NCBI RefSeq assembly: GCF_003334315.1
Contig: NZ_QOWR01000019.1
Strand: one strand, 5' to 3'
Length of the DNA stretch: 64,000 nucleotides
From: Escherichia coli
GTDB lineage: Bacteria > Pseudomonadota > Gammaproteobacteria > Enterobacterales > Enterobacteriaceae
Shown: positions 48,026 to 61,359 of the stretch, piece by piece
How positions within the stretch are numbered: the stretch's first letter is position 1
How the letters are laid out: the number at the start of each line of letters is the position of its first letter
Program-made: the position numbers and the translations under genes
Notes under the pieces: model-generated
Databases searched by the model: none
Seen by the model: the letters and a program-made list of their open reading frames with translations, nothing else
Told to the model about the DNA's origin: nothing

Positions 48026-48934
48026 TTATTGTGGTCGGTGACGCTGACTCTGGCAGATCTGACCCGTTTTTACATAATCGAGAAATGCGCGCAAGCCGCA
48101 GGACATATACTGGCGGTTTGGATAATAGATCTGGAAGCCTGGACGCTCTGTGCTCCAGTCTCCCAGTACACATTCTAAACGACCAGTATCAAGGTACTCC
48201 TTGATCTGTTCATAGAGCAGATACCCGATACCAGCACCCATCAAAACGGCCTCCAGTTCAGCATCAACATCATCCAGAATGATATTTCCTGCGACAGCAA
48301 TTTCCAGCTCCTTTGCAAATTGCTAGTGGAAAGGTTTGCCGCTGGGATAACGAAAAACAACACATTGATGATTAAGCAGATCATGAGGATGGCGGGGTTT
48401 GCCATATCTTGCAAAGTACTCTGGCGTTGCTGCTACACATAATTTCACTGGCGGGCCGATCGCCACGCTGATCATATCTTTTTCGACGATGCCACTAAGT
48501 CGAACGCCAGCGTCAAAGCCCTGTTGGACGATATCGACAAGAGAGTCGTCAGTTGTGAGCTCGACTTTAATATCAGGATATTCACGTGTGAAACCAACCA
48601 GTAAAGGCATTAAAAATATACGTGCAGCTACCCGGGCGGCATTGATTTTGAGCGTTCCTGTCGGTGTCAGACGAAAATCATTCATCTCATCTAACATGAT
48701 CTGAATTTCGTCGAAAGCTGGGCGCAATCGTTCATAGAGATTAGAACCCGCTTCCGTTAACGATACGCTTCGGGTTGTCCGATTGAATAAGCGAATTTTA
48801 AGACGTTGTTCCAGTGTTTTAATACTATGGCTAATGGCGGACGAGGATAAGCCTAATTCATCGCCCGCTGCACGAAAGCTTTGATTACGAGCCACGGCAA
48901 AGAAAGTGGCAAAGTCAGACATATTCATCCGCAT
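48026..48934 (-). pseudogene. ycaN: LysR-family transcriptional regulator YcaN interrupted by an in-frame amber (TAG) codon at about codon 204
   Basis: 203-aa N-terminal ORF (HTH MSDFATFFAVARNQSFRAAGDELGLSSSAISHSIKTLE) and 72-aa C-terminal ORF are in the same frame, separated by TAG at about 48322-48324 (+ strand cta). Confidence 0.75.
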
Positions 48935-49033
48935 TAGTGAAAATCCTTCATTAACTCATCCTGAATCATCACGTTTACAGGATTATGCCGCCTGCGTAAA
49001 GTGCGCTCCAGAACTTAACGTGGAGGTAAAATT

Positions 49034-49623
49034 ATGCAGTCTGAACGTATTTATTTGGTATGGGCCATCCTCGTCATGATTCATTGACCGCACATATTGC
49101 TGATGCGATCCATCAGCGGGCAATGGAGCGGAAAATACAGGTGACGGAACTCGATTTATATCGGCGTAATTTCAACCCAGTGATGACGCTGGAAGATGAA
49201 CCAGACTGGAAGAATATGGATAAACGTTATTCTCCAGAGGTTCATCAGCTTTATTCAGAGCTGCTTGAACATGACACGTTAGTGGTGGTTTTTCCTCTCT
49301 GGTGGTACAGCTTCCCGGCAATGCTAAAAGGATATATTGACAGAGTATGGAATAATGGGCTGGCTTATGGAGATGGGCAGAAATTACCATTCAATAAAGT
49401 TCGTTGGGTGGCGCTGGTTGGAGGAGACAAAGAATCATTTGTCCAGATGGGCTGGGAAAAAAATATAAGCGATTATTTGATAAATATGTGCAGTTATCTT
49501 GGTATTGAAGATGCCGATGTCACTTTCTTGTGTAATACAGTGGTATTCGATGGGCAAGAACTTCATGCGAGCTATTATCAGTCGTTATTATCTCAGGTAC
49601 GGGATATGGTAGATACACTATAA
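49034..49623 (+). pseudogene. ycaK: NAD(P)H:quinone oxidoreductase-family protein YcaK with apparent -1 frameshift in a C-run near codon 11 (or sequencing error)
   Basis: ATG at 49034 with RBS ggagg encodes MQSERIYLVWA then stops after 17 codons; the conserved frame (HPRHDSLTA...) resumes from ATG 49060 as the 187-aa ORF; a single extra C in gggcc would restore one continuous reading frame. Confidence 0.7.
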
Positions 49624-49661
49624 AATGTGTTAAAAACGCTGTAGCAGAATGAAGCGCGGAA

Positions 49662-49698
49662 TAAAAAAGCGGCAACTCAATAAAGTTGCCGCTTTACG
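49662..49698. terminator. bidirectional terminator between ycaK and pflA
   Basis: hairpin agcggcaact-caataa-agttgccgct flanked by A-run and T-rich tract. Confidence 0.75.
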
Positions 49699-49704
49699 GG
49701 GAAA

Positions 49705-50445
49705 TTAGAACATTACCTTATGACCGTACTGCTCAAGAATGCCTTTCACGCGTTCCATGGTCTCTTTCTTAGGTGGTTTAACACCGTCGAGTTTGTACTC
49801 TTCACCCATTGCCACCCATTTGTGTTTGCCCAGCTCGTGGTAGGGGAGGAGTTCGATTTTCTCAACGTTGCCCATATCACGGGTAAATTCACCGAGGCGA
49901 TGCGCTGAATCGTCATCGTCAGACCAGCCTGGGACAACAACGTAGCGGATCCACACCTTCACATTTTTGTTCGCCAGATATTTGGCGAACTCCAGCGTGC
50001 GGTGGTTGGAAACTCCAACCAGATTTTGGTGGATCTCGTCGTTCATCTGTTTGAGATCGAGCATTACCAGGTCGGTTACTTCCAGCAGTTCATCAATCAC
50101 CGGATCGTAACGACGAACAAAACCGTTGGTGTCCAGACAGGTATGAATGCCTTCTTTTTTGCAGGCGCGGAACCAGTCACGAACAAACTCAGCTTGTAGG
50201 ATTGCCTCACCGCCGGATGCGGTAACGCCGCCGCCGGAAGCGTTCATAAAGTGGCGATAGGTCACCACCTCTTTCATTAAATCTTCAACGGTAACTTCTT
50301 TACCGCCATGCGTATCCCAGGTGTCGCGGTTATGACAATACAGGCAGCGCATCAGGCAGCCCTGGAAAAAGGTGATAAAGCGAATACCCGGGCCGTCTAC
50401 GGTTCCACAGGATTCAAAGGAGTGAATGCGACCAATAACTGACAT
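49705..50445 (-). CDS. pflA: pyruvate formate-lyase activating enzyme (radical SAM)
   Basis: radical SAM motif [10 protein letters not shown]; 246 aa from internal ATG. Confidence 0.94.
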   Translation of the reverse strand: MSVIGRIHSFESCGTVDGPGIRFITFFQGCLMRCLYCHNRDTWDTHGGKEVTVEDLMKEVVTYRHFMNASGGGVTASGGEAILQAEFVRDWFRACKKEGIHTCLDTNGFVRRYDPVIDELLEVTDLVMLDLKQMNDEIHQNLVGVSNHRTLEFAKYLANKNVKVWIRYVVVPGWSDDDDSAHRLGEFTRDMGNVEKIELLPYHELGKHKWVAMGEEYKLDGVKPPKKETMERVKGILEQYGHKVMF

Positions 50446-50636
50446 TGCGGTGTTTCTCCAGATGTGGCCCATCTGAGGCCGTGTTGGTGCGCAGCTCGAA
50501 GGCTACGTCGAGTCTGTTTTGGCAGTCACCTTAAAGTATAGATAGCTGACAAAAAAGGCTCTCGCGCTAAAAAAGGCCCCACTTTCGTGGAGCCTTTATT
50601 GTACGCTTTTTACTGTACGATTTCAGTCAAATCTAA

Positions 50637-52919
<2,283 letters not shown>

Positions 52920-52973
52920 GTAACACCTACCTTCTTAAGTGGATTTTTTATTTACTGCGTACTTCGACAACCA

Positions 52974-53831
52974 TTAATGGTGGTCGTTTTCACGCAGGTA
53001 AATGACCCAGTATGTCAACCCAACCAACAAACCACCACCGATAATGTTGCCGATCGTAACCGGAATCAGGTTATCAGTGATGAAATTCATCACGGTCAGG
53101 TGAGAAAAATTTTCCGGTGCAGAACCGACTGCGGTCCAAAATTCCGGGGATGCGAAGTCGCGGATTACAATACCCATCGGGATCATAAACATGTTTGCGA
53201 TACTGTGCTCAAAACCGCTGGCAACAAACATCGCGACCGGCAGCACCATAATGAACGCTTTGTCCATCAGGCTGCGGCCAGAATAACTCATCCATACTGC
53301 CAGACATACCATCAGGTTTGCCAGGATACCAAGACAGACGGCCTCAATAAAAGTATGGTGCACTTTGTGGTCGGCGGTTTGTAGGACGTTTAGTCCCCAT
53401 TGACCATTTGCGGTCATATACTCGCCGGAAAGCCACATTAAAAGTACAAACAGCAGTGCGCCGACCAGGTTGCCAAAATAGACATTTAGCCAGTTTTTCG
53501 CCAACTGACCCCAGGTGATGCGCCCACTCGCCTTAGCAACAACAATCAACACGGTGGAAGTAAAGAGATCGGCTCCGCAGACAACACAAAGAATCAGCCC
53601 CAGAGAGAAGCAAATGCCGCCAACCAGTTTTGCCATGCCGAAGGGCATTGTGCCTGTGCCAGTGGTTGCTGTGATATAGAAGACGAATGCGATTGAGATG
53701 AAAACACCGGCGGTAATCGCCAGATAGAAAGTCTTAAGCGGATGTTTCGTTGCTTTATAGACACCCGCCTCTTCGGCCACTTTGGCCATTGCAGCAGGAA
53801 GTAAAAGATCAAAAGGGTTGTCAGCTTTCAC
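52974..53831 (-). CDS. focA: formate channel FocA
   Basis: FNT-family membrane ORF; start placed at GTG (VKADNPF) giving 285 aa. Confidence 0.88.
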   Translation of the reverse strand: MKADNPFDLLLPAAMAKVAEEAGVYKATKHPLKTFYLAITAGVFISIAFVFYITATTGTGTMPFGMAKLVGGICFSLGLILCVVCGADLFTSTVLIVVAKASGRITWGQLAKNWLNVYFGNLVGALLFVLLMWLSGEYMTANGQWGLNVLQTADHKVHHTFIEAVCLGILANLMVCLAVWMSYSGRSLMDKAFIMVLPVAMFVASGFEHSIANMFMIPMGIVIRDFASPEFWTAVGSAPENFSHLTVMNFITDNLIPVTIGNIIGGGLLVGLTYWVIYLRENDHH

Positions 53832-54236
53832 ACTAACTCTCTCTTTATTAAGTCGGCGACGAGATACTAACAAAGCATTATAGATGAGAAATTGATATAG
53901 ATCATATCTCGCCTGGCTTATAGGCCCGTAACTCGCATGGTTTTTATGCAAATACGGAGTAAATATTTGATTATCCAAATAAAAATAAATTTTAAAAATT
54001 AACAAATGAGTTGAATTTTTTCCGCATCCTCCGCTAAAACAGTTAATTAAAAGGGAGCACCAGGCGAATAAAGTAACAATATCGATCGTATTTATTAAAT
54101 ACAAATTACCGATATTTAACCTTATAATTACAATTATTTTATTAATGCAAATATATGTAAAGCGGGGCATTAAAAAAACGCCCCGTAATATAACTCAGAC
54201 GAATCATTAAGCCTACATTGCGTAGGCTATTTGATT

Positions 54237-55997
54237 TTATTTTGCCCAGAATGCTGCTTTGGCGCGCTGCAGCTTTTCGTAGGCCTTCAACAGCGACTGA
54301 TGTGCAGCAAACGCGTGCAGATCGCTATCTACTGGTTGCAAGCCATAAAACGCCGCTTCGCCGCTCATTGCCGCACTGGCGGCTTCCACGGCATCTGCGC
54401 CGTACATGCGAACAAACGCATTCAGATATTGCAGCGGCTGGCGATCTTCTTCCTGCGCCAGTAATAACAACGTTTGCAGGCAGCGATAATAGTTGGCGCG
54501 TTCCGGGCTGAATACCGATGAGTTAAATTCCATCGTCCATTCGGTCCAGACCAGAGCCTGTTCCAGATCGCCACCAGCCAACGCCAGCATGGCTTTTAAT
54601 TCACCGATACGCAGGGTGTACCAACCGTTATCCGACCCGGTCGCCAGACCCAACAGCTCACGCACGCGGGTAAAGTCATCAAAACCTTCTTCATCCAGTT
54701 GCTCGATGAGGTTCAGGTAATCTTCTTTTTCCCACTCGCTGCCTGGTAGCGAAAGAATCGTTTCACGTAAATGGCTGCCCATACTGTTATTCGCGAGCCA
54801 CAGATCTTCAGCCGGATAAATATCGGACATGCCAGGCACGATAATACGGCAAGCATAAACGCCCAGATGCTCGTAATCGGCAATATAAACTTCTTTATCT
54901 TCTTTGTTGAAGATAGCCATCAGTGTGGCGAACTCTTCTTCCGTGGTGCCGGAGAAATTCCAGTCCACAAACGGATAATCGGCATCCTGCTTGAACAGGT
55001 CCCAGGAGATTAAACCGCTGGAATCGATAAAGTGCGTTTCGAGGTTGGTATGTTCAGCGACTTCTTCATCATCGAAGGTTGGCGGAGTAAACACATCCAA
55101 ATCTTTCAGGCCACGACCTTGCAGCAGCTCGGTCACGGTACGTTCCAGTGCTACGCCAAAATCAGGATGCGCACCGAAAGAGGCAAAGCAGGTACCGTTA
55201 GCAGGATTGAACAGTACCACGCAAATCACCGGATACTGGCCGCCAAGCGAACCGTCATAAGCGAAGATTGGGAAACCCTCCGCTTCCAGCGTTTCGATGG
55301 CTTCAACTACTGCTGGGTAACGCGCCAGCACGTCTGCCGGGATCTCTGGCAGGCTGATGCTTTCAGCAATAATGCGGTTTTTCACGTAGCGTTCGAAAAC
55401 TTCAGACAATCCCTGAACGCGTGCTTCGTTGCGGGTATTACCTGCGGACATACCGTTGGAGACGTACAGGTTACCAATGATATTCATCGGAATATAAACG
55501 GTCTGATTGTCGGACTGACGCGTAAACGGCAGGCCGCAAATACCACGATCTTCGTTACCGGATTGTAGGTCAATCAGCATGCTGCCGGTCAGTTCATTCT
55601 CCGGATCATAAAACGCGCGCAGACGGTCATCGAGCAGCCCTTCTGGCACATCGTCATTTTCGGTCAGTGGGAACCATTTTTCGTTGGGATAATGCACGAA
55701 CGGACCGTTGGCGATGGTTTCGCCCAGCCAGAAGTCCGCAAAAAAGTAGTTGGTTGAGAGACGCTCGAAATATTCACCGAGTGCAGAAGCCAGCGCCGCT
55801 TTCTTGGTTGCGCCTTTACCGTTGGTAAAACACAGTGCGCACTCTTTGTCGCGAATATGTACAGACCAGACGTTAGGCACGGGATTCAGCCAGGAGGCCT
55901 CTTCAATCTGAAAGCCGAGGTCTGAAAGTTTTTGCTGGAAGCGAGCGATGGAATCTTCCAGAGCGGCATCTTTGCCGGGGATAAATGTTTGCGTCAT
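54237..55997 (-). CDS. ycaO: YcaO-domain protein (ribosomal protein S12 methylthiolation accessory factor)
   Basis: 586 aa from internal ATG (MTQTFIPGKD); stand-alone YcaO, no adjacent RiPP partner genes. Confidence 0.9.
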   Translation of the reverse strand: MTQTFIPGKDAALEDSIARFQQKLSDLGFQIEEASWLNPVPNVWSVHIRDKECALCFTNGKGATKKAALASALGEYFERLSTNYFFADFWLGETIANGPFVHYPNEKWFPLTENDDVPEGLLDDRLRAFYDPENELTGSMLIDLQSGNEDRGICGLPFTRQSDNQTVYIPMNIIGNLYVSNGMSAGNTRNEARVQGLSEVFERYVKNRIIAESISLPEIPADVLARYPAVVEAIETLEAEGFPIFAYDGSLGGQYPVICVVLFNPANGTCFASFGAHPDFGVALERTVTELLQGRGLKDLDVFTPPTFDDEEVAEHTNLETHFIDSSGLISWDLFKQDADYPFVDWNFSGTTEEEFATLMAIFNKEDKEVYIADYEHLGVYACRIIVPGMSDIYPAEDLWLANNSMGSHLRETILSLPGSEWEKEDYLNLIEQLDEEGFDDFTRVRELLGLATGSDNGWYTLRIGELKAMLALAGGDLEQALVWTEWTMEFNSSVFSPERANYYRCLQTLLLLAQEEDRQPLQYLNAFVRMYGADAVEAASAAMSGEAAFYGLQPVDSDLHAFAAHQSLLKAYEKLQRAKAAFWAK

Positions 55998-56126
55998 GAA
56001 AATCACTTTAGTCGTACGGAAAGCGCGCAATAATACGGGTTTTATCTCAAAGGCGCTATCACCGCCGCCATGCCGATGAACTGTTGACTATGCTTTTAGC
56101 GGATAAACCACGTTAAGAGCATAAAA

Positions 56127-56819
56127 ATGAAGGCGTTCGATCTCCACCGTATGGCATTTGATAAAGTGCCTTTTGATTTCCTTGGCGAAGTTGCACTACG
56201 TAGTCTTTATACCTTTGTACTGGTCTTTTTGTTCCTCAAAATGACCGGAAGACGCGGTGTGCGGCAGATGTCGCTGTTTGAAGTTTTAATCATTCTGACG
56301 CTGGGATCAGCGGCGGGAGATGTGGCGTTTTATGATGATGTGCCGATGGTCCCGGTACTTATCGTCTTTATTACTCTGGCGTTGTTATACCGCCTGGTAA
56401 TGTGGTTGATGGCGCACAGTGAAAAACTGGAAGATCTTCTGGAAGGCAAGCCAGTTGTCATTATTGAAGATGGCGAGCTGGCCTGGTCGAAACTCAATAA
56501 CTCCAACATGACGGAATTTGAGTTCTTTATGGAGCTACGATTGCGTGGCGTGGAGCAGCTGGGGCAGGTACGTCTGGCGATTCTCGAAACCAACGGGCAA
56601 ATCAGTGTCTATTTCTTTGAAGATGACAAGGTGAAACCGGGTTTACTTATTTTACCCAGTGATTGTACGCAGCGTTACAAAGTGGTGCCGGAGTCGGCGG
56701 ACTATGCCTGTATTCGTTGTAGTGAAATCATTCATATGAAAGTGGGGGAAAAACAATTATGTCCGCGCTGTGCAAATCCAGAATGGACGAAGGCAAGTCG
56801 GGCAAAACGGGTGACCTGA
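56127..56819 (+). CDS. ycaP: DUF421-family inner-membrane protein YcaP
   Basis: 230-aa ORF with N-terminal TM helices. Confidence 0.88.
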   Translation: MKAFDLHRMAFDKVPFDFLGEVALRSLYTFVLVFLFLKMTGRRGVRQMSLFEVLIILTLGSAAGDVAFYDDVPMVPVLIVFITLALLYRLVMWLMAHSEKLEDLLEGKPVVIIEDGELAWSKLNNSNMTEFEFFMELRLRGVEQLGQVRLAILETNGQISVYFFEDDKVKPGLLILPSDCTQRYKVVPESADYACIRCSEIIHMKVGEKQLCPRCANPEWTKASRAKRVT

Positions 56820-57017
56820 CAGTAAAAACATCGGCTTTTTGCTAATAATCCGAGAGATTCTTTTGTGTGATGCAAGCCACATTTTTGCCCTCAACGGTTT
56901 TACTCATTGCGATGTGTGTCACTGAATGATAAAACCGATAGCCACAGGAATAATGTATTACCTGTGGTCGCAATCGATTGACCGCGGGTTAATAGCAACG
57001 CAACGTGGTGAGGGGAA

Positions 57018-58106
57018 ATGGCTCAAATCTTCAATTTTAGTTCTGGTCCGGCAATGCTACCGGCAGAGGTGCTTAAACAGGCTCAACAGGAACTGCGCGA
57101 CTGGAACGGTCTTGGTACGTCGGTGATGGAAGTGAGTCACCGTGGCAAAGAGTTCATTCAGGTTGCAGAGGAAGCCGAGAAGGATTTTCGCGATCTTCTT
57201 AATGTCCCCTCCAACTACAAGGTATTATTCTGCCATGGCGGTGGTCGCGGTCAGTTTGCTGCGGTACCGCTGAATATTCTCGGTGATAAAACCACCGCAG
57301 ATTATGTTGATGCCGGTTACTGGGCGGCAAGTGCCATTAAAGAAGCGAAAAAATACTGCACGCCTAATGTCTTTGACGCCAAAGTGACTGTTGATGGTCT
57401 GCGCGCGGTTAAGCCAATGCGTGAATGGCAACTCTCTGATAATGCTGCTTATATGCATTATTGCCCGAATGAAACCATCGATGGTATCGCCATCGACGAA
57501 ACGCCAGACTTCGGCGCAGATGTGGTGGTCGCCGCTGACTTCTCTTCAACCATTCTTTCCCGTCCGATTGACGTCAGCCGTTATGGTGTAATTTACGCTG
57601 GCGCGCAGAAAAATATCGGCCCGGCTGGCCTGACAATCGTCATCGTTCGTGAAGATTTGCTGGGCAAAGCGAATATCGCGTGTCCGTCGATTCTGGATTA
57701 TTCCATCCTCAACGATAACGGCTCCATGTTTAACACGCCGCCGACATTTGCCTGGTATCTATCTGGTCTGGTCTTTAAATGGCTGAAAGCGAACGGCGGT
57801 GTAGCTGAAATGGATAAAATCAATCAGCAAAAAGCAGAACTGCTATATGGGGTGATTGATAACAGCGATTTCTACCGCAATGACGTGGCGAAAGCTAACC
57901 GTTCACGGATGAACGTGCCGTTCCAGTTGGCGGACAGTGCGCTTGACAAATTGTTCCTTGAAGAGTCTTTTGCTGCTGGCCTTCATGCACTGAAAGGTCA
58001 CCGTGTGGTCGGCGGAATGCGCGCTTCTATTTATAACGCCATGCCGCTGGAAGGCGTTAAAGCGCTGACAGACTTCATGGTTGAGTTCGAACGCCGTCAC
58101 GGTTAA
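57018..58106 (+). CDS. serC: phosphoserine aminotransferase
   Basis: 362-aa PLP aminotransferase class [19 protein letters not shown]. Confidence 0.95.
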   Translation: MAQIFNFSSGPAMLPAEVLKQAQQELRDWNGLGTSVMEVSHRGKEFIQVAEEAEKDFRDLLNVPSNYKVLFCHGGGRGQFAAVPLNILGDKTTADYVDAGYWAASAIKEAKKYCTPNVFDAKVTVDGLRAVKPMREWQLSDNAAYMHYCPNETIDGIAIDETPDFGADVVVAADFSSTILSRPIDVSRYGVIYAGAQKNIGPAGLTIVIVREDLLGKANIACPSILDYSILNDNGSMFNTPPTFAWYLSGLVFKWLKANGGVAEMDKINQQKAELLYGVIDNSDFYRNDVAKANRSRMNVPFQLADSALDKLFLEESFAAGLHALKGHRVVGGMRASIYNAMPLEGVKALTDFMVEFERRHG

Positions 58107-58125
58107 TGCCGAAATTTTGCTTAAT

Positions 58126-58152
58126 CCCCACAGCCAGCCTGTGGGGTTTTTA
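58126..58152 (+). terminator. intercistronic terminator/attenuator between serC and aroA
   Basis: hairpin ccccacag-ccagc-ctgtgggg followed by T5. Confidence 0.7.
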
Positions 58153-58176
58153 TTTCTGTTGTAGAGAGTTGAGTTC

Positions 58177-59460
58177 ATGGAATCCCTGACGTTACAACCC
58201 ATCGCTCGTGTCGATGGCACTATTAATCTGCCCGGTTCCAAGAGCGTTTCTAACCGCGCTTTATTGCTGGCGGCATTAGCACACGGCAAAACAGTATTAA
58301 CCAATCTGCTGGATAGCGATGACGTGCGCCATATGCTGAATGCATTAACAGCGTTAGGGGTAAGCTATACGCTTTCAGCCGATCGTACGCGTTGCGAAAT
58401 TATCGGTAACGGCGGTCCATTACACGCAGAAGGTGCCCTGGAGTTGTTCCTCGGTAACGCCGGAACGGCAATGCGTCCGCTGGCGGCAGCTCTTTGTCTG
58501 GGTAGCAATGATATTGTGCTGACCGGTGAGCCGCGTATGAAAGAACGCCCGATTGGTCATCTGGTGGATGCGCTGCGCCTGGGCGGGGCGAAGATCACTT
58601 ACCTGGAACAAGAAAATTATCCGCCGTTGCGTTTACAGGGCGGCTTTACTGGCGGCAACGTTGACGTTGATGGCTCCGTTTCCAGCCAATTCCTCACCGC
58701 ACTGTTAATGACTGCGCCTCTTGCGCCGGAAGATACGGTGATTCGTATTAAAGGCGATCTGGTTTCTAAACCTTATATCGACATCACACTCAATCTGATG
58801 AAGACGTTTGGTGTTGAAATTGAAAATCAGCACTATCAACAATTTGTCGTAAAAGGCGGGCAGTCTTATCAGTCTCCGGGTACTTATTTGGTCGAAGGCG
58901 ATGCATCTTCGGCTTCTTACTTTCTGGCAGCAGCAGCAATCAAAGGCGGCACTGTAAAAGTGACCGGTATTGGACGTAACAGTATGCAGGGTGATATTCG
59001 TTTTGCTGATGTGCTGGAAAAAATGGGCGCGACCATTTGCTGGGGCGATGATTATATTTCCTGCACGCGTGGTGAACTGAACGCTATTGATATGGATATG
59101 AACCATATTCCTGATGCGGCGATGACCATTGCCACGGCGGCGTTATTTGCAAAAGGCACCACCACGCTGCGCAATATCTATAACTGGCGTGTTAAAGAGA
59201 CCGATCGCCTGTTTGCGATGGCAACAGAACTGCGTAAAGTCGGCGCGGAAGTGGAAGAGGGGCACGATTACATTCGTATCACTCCTCCGGAAAAACTGAA
59301 CTTTGCCGAGATCGCGACATACAATGATCACCGGATGGCGATGTGTTTCTCGCTGGTGGCGTTGTCAGATACACCAGTGACGATTCTTGATCCCAAATGC
59401 ACGGCCAAAACATTTCCGGATTATTTCGAGCAGCTGGCGCGGATTAGCCAGGCAGCCTGA
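58177..59460 (+). CDS. aroA: 3-phosphoshikimate 1-carboxyvinyltransferase (EPSP synthase)
   Basis: 427-aa [38 protein letters not shown]. Confidence 0.96.
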   Translation: MESLTLQPIARVDGTINLPGSKSVSNRALLLAALAHGKTVLTNLLDSDDVRHMLNALTALGVSYTLSADRTRCEIIGNGGPLHAEGALELFLGNAGTAMRPLAAALCLGSNDIVLTGEPRMKERPIGHLVDALRLGGAKITYLEQENYPPLRLQGGFTGGNVDVDGSVSSQFLTALLMTAPLAPEDTVIRIKGDLVSKPYIDITLNLMKTFGVEIENQHYQQFVVKGGQSYQSPGTYLVEGDASSASYFLAAAAIKGGTVKVTGIGRNSMQGDIRFADVLEKMGATICWGDDYISCTRGELNAIDMDMNHIPDAAMTIATAALFAKGTTTLRNIYNWRVKETDRLFAMATELRKVGAEVEEGHDYIRITPPEKLNFAEIATYNDHRMAMCFSLVALSDTPVTILDPKCTAKTFPDYFEQLARISQAA

Positions 59461-59628
59461 ATGAACAACGGGCAATAAATAGCCAAATCTTTCTTTATCA
59501 AAACGTCGGCACATTGTCGGCGTTTTTTTTCGGACCTTGTGAGTCATTTTGATTAATGGTAGCGTCGCTTGTCAATGTAAGTTGTTGATACATAATATTT
59601 ATATATGATTAATCAACGGATGATTCAC

Positions 59629-60393
59629 ATGAAGAATACTAAATTACTGCTGGCGATTGCGACCTCTGCAGCATTACTGACAGGGTGTCAAAATACCCAC
59701 GGTATTGATACCAATATGGCTATCAGCTCCGGTTTAAATGCCTATAAAGCAGCAACATTAAGCGATGCCGATGCAAAAGCGATTGCCAATCAGGGCTGTG
59801 CCGAAATGGACAGCGGCAATCAAGTCGCAAGTAAATCCAGCAAGTACGGTAAACGTCTGGCAAAAATCGCCAAAGCATTGGGTAACAATATTAATGGCAC
59901 GCCGGTCAACTATAAGGTTTATATGACCAGCGACGTCAACGCATGGGCGATGGCGAACGGCTGTGTTCGTGTCTACAGTGGCCTGATGGACATGATGAAT
60001 GACAACGAAATTGAAGGCGTTCTGGGCCATGAACTGGGCCACGTCGCGTTGGGTCACTCGCTGGCTGAAATGAAAGCTTCTTATGCGATCGTTGCCGCAC
60101 GCGATGCCATTTCAGCTACCAGCGGTGTGGCTTCCCAGCTTTCCCGCTCACAATTAGGTGATATCGCAGAAGGCGCTATCAATGCTAAATACTCCCGTGA
60201 TAAAGAGTCCGAAGCAGATGATTTCTCCTTTGATCTGTTGAAGAAACGTGGCATCAGCACCCAGGGGCTGGTTGGCAGCTTTGAAAAACTGGCTAGCCTG
60301 GATGGCGGTCGCACCCAGTCCATGTTTGACTCTCACCCACCATCAACAGAGCGTGCGCAACACATCCGTGATCGTATCGCCTCTGGTAAGTAA
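59629..60393 (+). CDS. ycaL: M48-family metalloprotease lipoprotein YcaL
   Basis: lipobox LLTGC and zinc motif HELGH; 254 aa from second in-frame ATG. Confidence 0.9.
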   Translation: MKNTKLLLAIATSAALLTGCQNTHGIDTNMAISSGLNAYKAATLSDADAKAIANQGCAEMDSGNQVASKSSKYGKRLAKIAKALGNNINGTPVNYKVYMTSDVNAWAMANGCVRVYSGLMDMMNDNEIEGVLGHELGHVALGHSLAEMKASYAIVAARDAISATSGVASQLSRSQLGDIAEGAINAKYSRDKESEADDFSFDLLKKRGISTQGLVGSFEKLASLDGGRTQSMFDSHPPSTERAQHIRDRIASGK

Positions 60394-60565
60394 ATCATTG
60401 TCATCTTTCGGGCTGGTCTTCTGCCAGCCCGCTATAATTGCGCAATAAATCCCCATCTGAATACAGACAAAACTGGTTTTTGCACACAACGTTAACGATT
60501 TGTGGCGTCGGCGCGTATAATGCGCGCGGTTATGTTAACGGTACGCCTGTTTTAAGGAGATAAAG

Positions 60566-61249
60566 ATGACGGCAATTGCCCCGGTTATTACCATTGATGG
60601 CCCAAGCGGTGCAGGGAAAGGCACCTTGTGTAAGGCTATGGCGGAAGCGTTGCAATGGCATCTGCTGGACTCGGGTGCAATTTATCGCGTACTGGCATTG
60701 GCGGCATTACATCACCATGTTGATGTTGCGTCGGAAGATGCGCTGGTACCGCTGGCATCCCATCTGGATGTACGTTTTGTGTCGACCAATGGCAATCTGG
60801 AAGTGATCCTCGAAGGGGAAGATGTCAGCGGCGAAATTCGTACTCAGGAAGTGGCGAATGCAGCTTCACAAGTCGCGGCATTCCCACGCGTTCGTGAAGC
60901 ATTATTGCGTCGCCAACGCGCGTTTCGCGAATTACCAGGTCTGATTGCCGATGGCCGCGACATGGGAACGGTGGTATTCCCTGATGCACCAGTGAAAATT
61001 TTCCTTGACGCCTCCTCGGAAGAACGTGCGCATCGCCGCATGCTACAGTTGCAGGAGAAGGGCTTTAGTGTTAACTTTGAGCGCCTTTTGGCCGAGATCA
61101 AAGAACGCGACGACCGCGATCGTAACCGAGCGGTAGCGCCACTGGTTCCGGCAGCCGATGCTTTAGTGTTGGATTCCACCACCTTAAGCATTGAGCAAGT
61201 GATTGAAAAAGCGCTACAATACGCGCGCCAGAAATTGGCTCTCGCATAA
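60566..61249 (+). CDS. cmk: cytidylate kinase
   Basis: P-loop GPSGAGKGT; 227 aa. Confidence 0.95.
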
Positions 61250-61359
61250 GCGACCGAATTTGCAGTACCCCCGTTGCAATGGAATGACAGCGGGTATGTT
61301 AAACAACCCCATCCGGCATGGAGCCAGGTGGACGTTAAATATAAACCTGAAGATTAAAC

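Noticed and set aside
54237-55997. YcaO-domain protein as a possible marker of a RiPP (azoline/thioamide) biosynthetic cluster
   Set aside because: No precursor peptide, E1-like/TfuA partner, dehydrogenase or transporter next to it; neighbours are focA and ycaP, so this is the stand-alone housekeeping YcaO.
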